Assembly: GCA_002794035.1 (NCBI GenBank)
Contig: PCXQ01000006.1
Location: 24,533 to 88,532, forward strand
Direction of reading: 5' to 3'
From: Candidatus Yanofskybacteria bacterium CG10_big_fil_rev_8_21_14_0_10_36_16
GTDB taxonomy: Bacteria > Patescibacteriota > Minisyncoccia > 2-02-FULL-40-12 > IGHO2-01-FULL-4-A
DNA length: 64,000 bases
Part shown: piece by piece, positions 9,804-18,192 of the stretch
Numbering within the stretch: position 1 is the stretch's first letter
How the letters are laid out: the number at the start of each line of letters is the position of its first letter
Position numbers and translations under genes: made by a program
The notes under the pieces: model-generated
Databases searched by the model: none
What the model saw: the letters and a program-made list of their open reading frames with translations, nothing else
Told to the model about the DNA's origin: nothing

Positions 9804-10274
9804 ATGAGTAAATTATTTAAGACGAAGAAATCACAGGCAGGGTTCACTCTTATTGAATTATTGGTTGTAATAGGTATTATTGCCATTTTGGCAGCGGTAG
9901 TTATTATCGCCATAAACCCAGCCCGTCAGTTCGCACAAGCCAGAAATACCCAGAGGTGGTCAAATGTTAACGCCATCTTAAATGCTATCGGCCAAAACAT
10001 GGCTGATAACCGTGGTGTATTTAACTGTGGTGTTGCATTGCCAGCATCAGCATCGGTTATGTCTAACACAGGATACAATATATACACCTGTATAGTTCCT
10101 ACTTATATATCAACCTTACCAGTGGATCCTTCAGTTGGAGTTAACAATTCTCCAACAGACTACAATACTGGCTACACTGTAGCAAGAGATGCTTCAACAG
10201 GTAGAATTACTGTTAGTGCTCCTGAAGGATTAAACGAAACCGCAGTTCCAGAAAACATTGGCGTAACTAGGTAG
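9804..10274 (+). CDS. Major-type type IV pilin
   Basis: QAG|FTLIELLVVIGIIAILAAVVIIAINP, ARN..R, LPVDP; followed by a strong terminator. Confidence 0.92.
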   Translation: MSKLFKTKKSQAGFTLIELLVVIGIIAILAAVVIIAINPARQFAQARNTQRWSNVNAILNAIGQNMADNRGVFNCGVALPASASVMSNTGYNIYTCIVPTYISTLPVDPSVGVNNSPTDYNTGYTVARDASTGRITVSAPEGLNETAVPENIGVTR

Positions 10275-10284
10275 TAATTCATAT

Positions 10285-10327
10285 CACAAAACTAAAAACC
10301 GCCCACAAGGCGGTTTTTAGTTTTGTG
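10285..10327 (+). terminator. Rho-independent terminator
   Basis: CACAAAACTAAAAACCGCC-cacaa-GGCGGTTTTTAGTTTTGTG inverted repeat. Confidence 0.85.
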
Positions 10328-10455
10328 CAATTTAATTTGTGAATATAAAAATTTAAAAATAATGGTATCATTAAAAAAAGACTAAAGATTTCTAACCAAC
10401 TTCTCCTAATTTAAAAAATGGGATTTGAAATTTGATTAGAAATTAGAAATTAGAA

Positions 10456-12192
10456 ATTAGAAATTTAAACATATCAAAAATAAATATAGCAATATTAATT
10501 TCAACAGTACTTCTGGGTATAGCTATATTTCCATATACTGCTAAAGCCCAAGATGTAAAAACATACGAATTTAATCCCGATAAATCTTGGAGATTTATAT
10601 ACCCAAGCGCAGAAACAGTATCTCTCAAATTCCAACCATCAAACGATGCCGTAAACGGTTTTGATCTTTGGATAAACAATGGAGGAAGCCAAGGCCAGGC
10701 AACTTTTGTTTTGCGTAATTCATTCGGTACTGTTTTAGCTCAAAAAAATAATGTATTCATAAATCCTATACCTCTAAAGGAAGGCGGTACGCGTTTTCAT
10801 ATAAACCTGCCCGCCCAAGTTCCATTAAACATTAATGAGGTATATGAACTTGAAATAATAAGCGACATGGGAGGATTGGGCCTTTACTATGGAGCGAGCG
10901 TTGAAATACTTCAACACGACTCCGAATACAACATAAGCTATATCCCGGGCAAAGCTGTGATTGATAATGAAGAACAAAGCTGGACCTTTAAGTATGCAAC
11001 CTATGAGAGTCAGGATGCTCAGCCGCCAGAACTATCAAACATTTCAGCAACAGTAACAAACTCAAATACAGTAGAGATAAATTTCAATGCCAACGAGCCT
11101 GTTGACTGGTCAATTCTTTGGGGCTTTGAAGGCCAGGACTATAACCAGCAAACAGGATTTAAAAATTATTACACCTCATGTTTACCCGGTATAGGAACAT
11201 GCAATACACCTCTCCAAGTTAACCCAAATACTGCATATGATTACCAAATCATTGCCAAAGACGAATGGGGAAATATAAGCCAAAGAACAGGCTCTTTTAA
11301 CAGCGCGGTGGTTGATACCGAACCAACACCAACAGGATCACCCGAATCAACACCACCGCCTCAAGAAGTATTCTCAACTCCTCCTGCAATATCAGGCACA
11401 ACAATATCGGAATTAACAGATGATTATGTAAAAATAACCTGGCAAACAAATAAAGCCGCCAACTCCAGCTTGTTGATCAGCCTTGATCAAGACGGGAACA
11501 GTGTTGTTGCTAATGTGGGAGATGCAACTTATGAATTAGCTCACTCGCTAAGCGTCTCGGGTCTTGAACCAAACACTGAATACTTTGCAAGAATAACTTC
11601 AACAAATCCGGGGGTAGCATTCGTAGTCAGCAAAAATCTAGCCACAATAATATCAAGCAGTAACAACGATACATCCTCATGGCAAATATTAACATTCAAA
11701 ACCGCAGAAGCACCCCTACCCGATGAAGCCCCGAACAACGAACAACCCAGCAATAACGAAATTGAAACAAGTCAGGAAACAGATGGGATTGAATCAACTG
11801 TAAATATAAGCTGGCAGGCTCCTTCGGGCGGTGAACCCACGGGCGGATACAGAGTAGATGTTTTTGATGAAAATAATATTTTAGTAAAACAGATAACAGT
11901 TCCCGCAGGCGAGCACAGCACAACGGCCGAAGATTTGCCAAGAGGCGATTACACAGTAGTTGTTTATGAAGACAACGAAGGAACACTAGATAAAATTGCG
12001 CCTCCTGCAATAAGCCGTGCGCCAGAACCATCAATAACAAATACTCAAGTTGTAATAATTGGAATTTTGATTCTTGTCTTGGCAGGACTTATAAAGATCT
12101 GGCTAAGTGTAAGGAAGAAAAATAAGTTCAAAAAAACTATTACACCCCCTTCCTCAGATTCTTCAAGCGGAATAGAGCTTGGACAAATTTAA
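10456..12192 (+). CDS. Secreted, C-terminally anchored fibronectin-III repeat surface protein
   Basis: Frame is open from 10447 and includes a signal-like KINIAILISTVLLGIAIFPYTAKA-QD upstream of the TTG 10711 call; FN3 motifs (LEPNTEY, WQAPSGG..GYRV); C-terminal TM followed by RKKNK. Start position uncertain (ATT 10456 or ATA 10471). Confidence 0.75.
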   Translation: MRNLNISKINIAILISTVLLGIAIFPYTAKAQDVKTYEFNPDKSWRFIYPSAETVSLKFQPSNDAVNGFDLWINNGGSQGQATFVLRNSFGTVLAQKNNVFINPIPLKEGGTRFHINLPAQVPLNINEVYELEIISDMGGLGLYYGASVEILQHDSEYNISYIPGKAVIDNEEQSWTFKYATYESQDAQPPELSNISATVTNSNTVEINFNANEPVDWSILWGFEGQDYNQQTGFKNYYTSCLPGIGTCNTPLQVNPNTAYDYQIIAKDEWGNISQRTGSFNSAVVDTEPTPTGSPESTPPPQEVFSTPPAISGTTISELTDDYVKITWQTNKAANSSLLISLDQDGNSVVANVGDATYELAHSLSVSGLEPNTEYFARITSTNPGVAFVVSKNLATIISSSNNDTSSWQILTFKTAEAPLPDEAPNNEQPSNNEIETSQETDGIESTVNISWQAPSGGEPTGGYRVDVFDENNILVKQITVPAGEHSTTAEDLPRGDYTVVVYEDNEGTLDKIAPPAISRAPEPSITNTQVVIIGILILVLAGLIKIWLSVRKKNKFKKTITPPSSDSSSGIELGQI

Positions 12193-12196
12193 TGTT

Positions 12197-12710
12197 ATGT
12201 TTAAACAAAAAGTATTAAAAATTGTGTCTAATATTCCCAGGGGTCAAACCTTGAGTTATAAAGATGTTGCCCGCCTTGCCGGTTCACCCAACGCCTATAG
12301 AGCAGTCGGCAGCATACTGAACAAAAACTATAATAGGGGGTGCAGAATACTAATTATTATCGCTTGAGAAGTCCAAAAACGAAATGATTTCGAGGCGCGA
12401 TGACGAAGATGTAGATTCTACATCAAGGAGGAGTAACAAAAAAAATCATTCATTTTTGGACTTCCCTATGGGCGGGCTGATTTTAACCTTATTCTTTGTT
12501 GTTCGTCATTCATGTACCATCAAGTACACATCATTCCTCATGCCTCGAATAAGATTAAAATCAGCTACGCTCAAATGATAATAATTAGTATTCCGCACCC
12601 CCAACATACCCTGTCATCGTGTAATTAAATCAAATGGCATGCTTGGCGGTTACAACAAAGGCCTCGCACTAAAAACAGAAACTCTAAAAAAAGAAGGATA
12701 CATAAAATAG
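12197..12710 (+). pseudogene. ogt: Methylated-DNA-[protein]-cysteine S-methyltransferase (MGMT) interrupted by a 265-bp insertion
   Basis: 5' part IPRGQTLSYKDVA..RAVG..NKNYN (12197-12334); 3' part PNIPCHRVI..LGGY..KKEG (12600-12710) with the active-site PCHR. Confidence 0.88.
12336..12602. mobile_element. MITE-like structured element with 33-bp terminal inverted repeats
   Basis: 12336-12368 vs reverse complement of 12570-12602 match at 30/33; two long internal hairpin arms; no transposase ORF. Confidence 0.8.
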
Positions 12711-12846
12711 ATATTTTTTGCTTCTTATAAGCCCCAAAATAAAGCAATAGGGGGTTGACAATCTGCCAATAAAATGCTAAGAATATACTATAGAACCTCA
12801 TCTTCGGATAAGGTTTTTGTTTTTTAAAAAATAAATAAGGGGGAGA

Positions 12847-13890
12847 ATGATTCTAAACTTAAAGAAACCAAGGATTTGTGTTTTAATCCCGGCACATAAC
12901 GAAGAATTAACTTTGGGCAGGTCCATAAAAAGCCTGTTTGAATCTGGGATTGACCCTTCTGACATATACGTGATAAACGATTATTCAACAGACAACACTG
13001 CGAATGTTGCTACAAAACTTGGAGTTAATATTTTAAACAATATTAAAAACATAGGGAAAGGAGGCAGTATTGAACATGGCATAAAAGAGCTCAAAATTTG
13101 TACAAATTATGAGTTCGCGCTCTTTTTAGATGCTGATACCGTGATTGATAAGGACTATTTTTACTGGACCATGGAAAGGTTTGGTTCTGATTATAGCATT
13201 GTTGCCGTACCCGGTCAGCCCAAAAGCATTCAACACAATTGGCTGACGGCCCACAGAGCTTTGCAATATTTTACGTCATGTTCAATCTATAAAGGCGGGC
13301 AATCAGCAATGGGTGTTATAACTGTTGCACCTGGTTGTTCTACAACATTTAAGACTAAGGTTTTGCCTGAACTTAACTGGAATAACGGAACACTGGTAGA
13401 AGACATGGATGTTACCATGCAAATCTATCGTAAAAAACTGGGTAAAATAGCATACGAACCAAAAGCTGTGGTACACACCCAAGACCCAATGACCATAAGT
13501 GACTACTGGAAACAAATGAACCGATGGTATTGCGGAACTTGGCAGGTTGCAAAAAACCATAACGTACCATTCGGTTTTTCTAGAATTGATATTGAGTTGT
13601 TATTTCTTTTAGCCGAAGGAATGATCTTCGGATTATTGTTTACAGCCATACCCTTAATAGCCATAATCTATCCAAATCTAATAAGTCTTCTTATTATAAC
13701 TGACCAAACCATCTTATTGTTGTTTGCTTTAATGCTGGGAATTAGGGACAAAAGATCAGATGTTCTAAGGTTTTTTTGGTCTTTTATATTTCTAAGATTT
13801 GTTGATTGTTTTGTTTTGTTATTAAGTTTTTGGAAAATCATCATACAAGACAAGAAAAGAATTGGGTGGTTTAGCCCTGCCAGATATTAA
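12847..13890 (+). CDS. Processive GT2 glycosyltransferase (PgaC/cellulose-synthase-like)
   Basis: IPAHNEE, DYSTD, GKGG, DAD, VED, QMNRW (QxxRW), C-terminal TM helices. Confidence 0.9.
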   Translation: MILNLKKPRICVLIPAHNEELTLGRSIKSLFESGIDPSDIYVINDYSTDNTANVATKLGVNILNNIKNIGKGGSIEHGIKELKICTNYEFALFLDADTVIDKDYFYWTMERFGSDYSIVAVPGQPKSIQHNWLTAHRALQYFTSCSIYKGGQSAMGVITVAPGCSTTFKTKVLPELNWNNGTLVEDMDVTMQIYRKKLGKIAYEPKAVVHTQDPMTISDYWKQMNRWYCGTWQVAKNHNVPFGFSRIDIELLFLLAEGMIFGLLFTAIPLIAIIYPNLISLLIITDQTILLLFALMLGIRDKRSDVLRFFWSFIFLRFVDCFVLLLSFWKIIIQDKKRIGWFSPARY

Positions 13891-13912
13891 ATATAGTGAA
13901 GAAGGAGGAGAA

Positions 13913-14365
13913 ATGTTTAAAAAAATCTTTTTGTTCATTATGCTGATGATTTGGGTTAAGTCATTTCTTTTTGCTCAAAGACTTGGAGAAGATTATATTG
14001 TACACAATCTTCATAATCCATATATCTTATTCTTAATTGTAAGCACAATTATTTTAATTATTGTACTTACATTTCGGCTTATCTCTTACATATCAAAATG
14101 GTCAGGTAGACCGGTTCTAAAAATGTTAGAGCCAATAATGGTTAACCCTACATTAAACGATCTAAAGAATAAAAAAAAGCCCGTAGATATACTTCTAACT
14201 CTAAACCGAGAACGTAAGACTGTAAGGTGTATAGTAGCTGAAAACCCAAGAGGTAATGATTTGCCTCCTGTAGTTTATTTCGAAGGATCTAACCATCCTG
14301 TAAGCTGGGAAAAAAGAAAATTAGGCGCAGCCCAAACCCTACCTAAAAGTTCCAAAACGTTTTAA
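13913..14365 (+). CDS. Hypothetical membrane protein
   Basis: AGGAGG RBS before ATG 13913; two hydrophobic segments. Confidence 0.6.
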   Translation: MFKKIFLFIMLMIWVKSFLFAQRLGEDYIVHNLHNPYILFLIVSTIILIIVLTFRLISYISKWSGRPVLKMLEPIMVNPTLNDLKNKKKPVDILLTLNRERKTVRCIVAENPRGNDLPPVVYFEGSNHPVSWEKRKLGAAQTLPKSSKTF

Positions 14366-14436
14366 TGTTGTGATATTGTAATTAGCCTGAATATAGTTTT
14401 TATTGTCACGACCAATCTGTTAACACTAACAAAAAC

Positions 14437-14543
14437 TTCATTGCCCTTCACCGGGGATGATCACGAGTGTTTAGTGTTCGGCCAAATAAGTTTTAACTAA
14501 AGAAAATGGACGGTTCATTGCCCTTCACCGGGGATGATCACGA
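14437..14543. repeat. Two identical 30-bp direct repeats separated by 47 bp
   Basis: TTCATTGCCCTTCACCGGGGATGATCACGA at 14437-14466 and 14514-14543. Confidence 0.9.
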
Positions 14544-14668
14544 AAATTTTCTGGAGTTACTGCACTTCACAGGCTAATTACCAATTGTTGCAACAACAAA
14601 ACATTCAGGACAAACAACGAATATTAAGAAAGATTTCTTAATTTAGACAAGACAAAGGAGGAAACACC

Positions 14669-16165
14669 ATGAGAAAGCATCGGGAGATCAAAATCGCTGT
14701 TGTGGCTTTGGCCATATTAGCTGTTGTAGTATTTTTTGGTCGCGCATGTTCTTGGACATTAGATAAGTCTGAGTCAGAAAATACAACCTTAAATAATCAG
14801 GAAGAAACGCGAATTTCTTCAATGGAAGCAACGATAAAGAGTCTTGATGAGGAAAGGGCGAAATTAATTATTGAATTAAATCAGGAAAAAAATCGTACCA
14901 AATGCGGTAACAAACCCTGTGATGGAAGATGTTATGGCGTTCAAAGAGGCGATAATCTATCGTCCATCGCCCTTCGTTTTTACGGCAAAGTGTCTGCACT
15001 TAAAAAAATTGCTGAAGTTAATGGAATTAAAAACTCTGATGAGATTTTTGCTGAGTCATGCATCTGTCTGCCGGCTGAAGTTGAAGGAAGTAAACTAAAT
15101 GACAAAAACACAAAAAAGAAAGCAACTAGAGTCGGCCACGCAAAAACTGATCGGCCTTATTGGAGCTTGATGTATCCCACAATACCGACTCCTATTGTGG
15201 TTGTAGAATCTCCGAAACAACTTGCTGTGGCAAAACTGCCTAGGGTTGAAACAAAAGTTATTGAAAATAAACCCGTTGAAGAAGTTGGCCAAGCACCCAG
15301 CATTAGACCGGGTTTGCTAATGGAACAAAAAGCTCAAACAGCCTTAGCATTAATGCATGCGTTGCCACCTAAACCAAGCACACCCCAAGAACAGCCAGCA
15401 AAAACTGAGGGGACGCAAAAACCAAAGACAAATCCTCCTCTTGTTCTTCCAGGAAGCGCTTGGAATTCAAGCGGTAACTTATCACCTGTTGAAGAAGGCA
15501 ATTTTCAAAATTATTCTTATGTAGAACAAGGAATAACAGTTTGGAGAAACAATAAGTGGTCTCTGGTTCCTTATGTTTCAGTTTCAAACTCTGTAGATAC
15601 AAAGGGTTATAGCTGGAATAACAGAATCACTGGTCAGTTGGGAACCAAGATGGTAAAAAGTTTTGGCAACGGACTGGTTCAATTCGGTGGCGGATACATG
15701 CACGAAAATCGACGTGTCTCCGATCAAAATGAAGGTCAAGCTTTTGGCTTCGGGAGTTACTGGTTTGGATGGGATACACCAAGCTCCAATAAGGCCGAAG
15801 GGCTTTTCTCTGCATTTCCCGGTTCAAGCTGGGGAATGATAGGGAACACTTCTCCCGCTGAAGAAAATAATATTATTGGCACTGTTTATTTACAGCAGGG
15901 CGTTACCTTGGCAAAAATTAATCGAGTATCATTAATACCTTTTGTTGAAAACACCGTCAGTTTTGACACTAAAGATTACGCATGGAACAACAGAAACACA
16001 TGGGGAGCAGGCATCAAAGCATCTGTTCCTGTAAAATCCGGAATAGTTGAAATTGGGGCTAAACACTTAGATGAATATCGCTGGCAAGTTGGAAAACGTG
16101 CCAGTGGAGTAACAGGTTTTGTTAATCTGTGGTTTGGTTGGAATCCACCCTGGAAAAATCAATAA
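14669..16165 (+). CDS. LysM-domain protein with tandem C-terminal aromatic beta-strand repeats
   Basis: N-terminal TM and coiled coil; LysM YGVQRGDNLSSIALRFYG..IAEVNGI; two ~110-aa repeats PGSxW...WNNR...WFGW. Confidence 0.8.
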   Translation: MRKHREIKIAVVALAILAVVVFFGRACSWTLDKSESENTTLNNQEETRISSMEATIKSLDEERAKLIIELNQEKNRTKCGNKPCDGRCYGVQRGDNLSSIALRFYGKVSALKKIAEVNGIKNSDEIFAESCICLPAEVEGSKLNDKNTKKKATRVGHAKTDRPYWSLMYPTIPTPIVVVESPKQLAVAKLPRVETKVIENKPVEEVGQAPSIRPGLLMEQKAQTALALMHALPPKPSTPQEQPAKTEGTQKPKTNPPLVLPGSAWNSSGNLSPVEEGNFQNYSYVEQGITVWRNNKWSLVPYVSVSNSVDTKGYSWNNRITGQLGTKMVKSFGNGLVQFGGGYMHENRRVSDQNEGQAFGFGSYWFGWDTPSSNKAEGLFSAFPGSSWGMIGNTSPAEENNIIGTVYLQQGVTLAKINRVSLIPFVENTVSFDTKDYAWNNRNTWGAGIKASVPVKSGIVEIGAKHLDEYRWQVGKRASGVTGFVNLWFGWNPPWKNQ

Positions 16166-16175
16166 GGAGGAGAAC

Positions 16176-16604
16176 ATGTACATACCTGGAGTCGGAAGCT
16201 GTTCAACATTTATTCATTTAATTGCACAATATCCTAAAGTCGCAGCCGGAATAGGTCTGCTGGCAACAATTGGCATTGTTACATCACCCGTAGGACCCGG
16301 TAAGTACGCAGGGTCAGAAAAAATATTAGAGAATTATGAAATATCTCTCGTGTCCGGCAACTTAGCCATGGACGAGACCAAGATTAATGATGTATTTGAA
16401 AGTGTTGCAAGCCAACACAATATTTCAAATGAGAATATTGCTCACATCCTTAAAACTTGTGAGAAATGTTCCGACATTGAATTAGAAAATGTATTAGCGG
16501 ACGATAATTTATACAAAAAAGTCGCCTACCTATATTTCTTGGACCTTGTCCATAAAAATGACGGCAACTTGGAAAAAGCCGCTAAAGCATTCCTCATTAA
16601 ATAA
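16176..16604 (+). CDS. Hypothetical protein
   Basis: AGGAGG RBS before ATG 16176; hydrophobic N-terminal segment; CxxC. Confidence 0.6.
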   Translation: MYIPGVGSCSTFIHLIAQYPKVAAGIGLLATIGIVTSPVGPGKYAGSEKILENYEISLVSGNLAMDETKINDVFESVASQHNISNENIAHILKTCEKCSDIELENVLADDNLYKKVAYLYFLDLVHKNDGNLEKAAKAFLIK

Positions 16605-16643
16605 AAACAGCTCTTTTAACAGTTCTTTTTAGAAAAACAAAAC

Positions 16644-16672
16644 AAAGACCTCGCCTTGGCGGGGTCTTTTTT
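16644..16672 (+). terminator. Rho-independent terminator
   Basis: AAAGACCTCGCC-tt-GGCGGGGTCTTT plus T tract. Confidence 0.75.
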
Positions 16673-16702
16673 ATCCCCACACTCATGCATGAGTGTGGGG
16701 AT
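16673..16702. repeat. Perfect 30-bp palindrome
   Basis: ATCCCCACACTCATGCATGAGTGTGGGGAT; left arm recurs at 24341-24354. Confidence 0.85.
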
Positions 16703-16846
16703 TTATTTATGTTGGAATTAGCTTTATTTTATGTTAATTTATAAACAACATGTCCCATTAACAATACACGAGGTGATTAACCTATAACAATTATCAAATT
16801 GTGATTGAATTAATTCAGTTACAATAATTATTTGTTATAAATTAAT

Positions 16847-17059
16847 TTGATAGATTTAACCTCAACAGAAAATCAGTTTATTTTGATTCTGCTTATTGTA
16901 TGGACCTTACCATGGAAAGGCCTTGCATTGTGGAAGTCTGCCCAAAGAAAAGAAAAATGGTGGTTTATTGCCATGTTATTAACCAATACTCTTGGGGTAT
17001 TGGAAATACTTTATCTATACATCTTCAGCAAAAGAAACGATAAGCAAAAAGTGGATTAA
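16847..17059 (+). CDS. Small membrane protein, DUF5652-like
   Basis: WTLPWKGLALWKSAQR..WWF..NTLGVLEILY pattern. Confidence 0.75.
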   Translation: MIDLTSTENQFILILLIVWTLPWKGLALWKSAQRKEKWWFIAMLLTNTLGVLEILYLYIFSKRNDKQKVD

Positions 17060-17166
17060 TTTTAATTTATTTTGTGATAACATTAAAAATAGTTTTCAAG
17101 TTATAGTTAATAGCTTATAGTTTCCACAATAAGAAACTACTAGGGTAAAGACTATAGCCTTACAGT

Positions 17167-17439
17167 ATGCCTGATTTAGAACAATACAAAGCTCTTATGA
17201 GTGACATTATTAGCAAACAAGCCGTAATATTAGGTCCTGATATTGCTGTTTTACGTGCTCGTAACGTTGAGGGCTTGGAAGTTTCGAATGAAGGAAGGGT
17301 GACAGACATCAAGGGCGATCCAGGCCAATCCTTGGAACAGTTGGTTGATGAGTATGTAAGCTTATCCGGCCAAATTGTAAAAAGTGCACTGGGGTCGGTA
17401 TTTGAAAAACATCCGGACATAAAAAACGTTATTCAATAA
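17167..17439 (+). CDS. Small conserved protein of the kind often seen beside histidine kinases in CPR genomes
   Basis: IISKQAVILGPDIA..RARNVEGL..LVDEY..LSG pattern; lies upstream of the kinase. Confidence 0.65.
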   Translation: MPDLEQYKALMSDIISKQAVILGPDIAVLRARNVEGLEVSNEGRVTDIKGDPGQSLEQLVDEYVSLSGQIVKSALGSVFEKHPDIKNVIQ

Positions 17440-17556
17440 CGTTAGACTATTTAATACACGGAACTTCTCAGTTTCAAAATTGGCGATATTGATTTCGGTT
17501 GGCAACCCATGTACCCAAATGGGAACAAGGATAATCTTCTCGAAATCATACAAGAA

Positions 17557-17973
17557 ATGCCTAAAACAATTTACAAAAAAATGTCAGCTTCTCATATTAT
17601 TACAGCATCTTTTATTATGGGTTTCCCTATGTATGCAGCAGCTGCCCAGCAATCAATAAACAAAGGGGCAGAATCAGCTTTCATCAATATGATACCAGGC
17701 TGGATATCTCTAGCTGGGGGGATTATTGTCTTGGTATTGGCATTCAAGTACATGAAGGGGGGGAGTCTGGCAAAGCCCTTTGCGCTTATTGGTATAGGTG
17801 CCTTAATTGATTCATTTGGACAAATTTTAGACTCTTTAGCCACAACAAATTTAATAGCTTCACCTGACTACCTAACCCAGATCGTATGGTTTGCGAGTTT
17901 AATATTTAGGTTCTCTGTAGTAATGGGCGTCGTGTGGATAGCTAATGTATTTGGCGTGCTAAGAAGCAGATAA
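17557..17973 (+). CDS. Hypothetical multi-pass membrane protein
   Basis: Signal-like N-terminus plus three hydrophobic helices; start uncertain (17509, 17557 or 17581). Confidence 0.6.
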   Translation: MPKTIYKKMSASHIITASFIMGFPMYAAAAQQSINKGAESAFINMIPGWISLAGGIIVLVLAFKYMKGGSLAKPFALIGIGALIDSFGQILDSLATTNLIASPDYLTQIVWFASLIFRFSVVMGVVWIANVFGVLRSR

Positions 17974-18038
17974 ATAAAAATCATTAGATTCATTGTGCAC
18001 AGCAACATTTTTTGTTTTGGAATTATTTTTTTTAAACT

Positions 18039-18168
18039 CAAAATCCAAAATCCAAAATCCAAAATCCAAACCAATTTTTAATTTCAAAATCCAAATTTTT
18101 GAACAACAATTTAAAATTTTTGGATTTTAGATTTAGTTTGATTTTTGAGTTTTGGGTTTTGGATTTTT
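18039..18168. repeat. Inverted arrays of degenerate heptamer repeats
   Basis: (CAAAATC)n on the left; TTTTGGA/TTTTGAG/TTTTGGG units on the right. Confidence 0.8.
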
Positions 18169-18192
18169 TAAATATTAAACGCTATTTAAAAA

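Noticed and set aside
12384-12578. 64-aa ORF inside the ogt insertion as a transposase
   Set aside because: Too short, no DDE or HUH motifs; explained by the palindromic structure.
14437-14543. CRISPR array
   Set aside because: Only two repeats with one 47-bp spacer, no cas genes in the window, and the spacer contributes to flanking stems.
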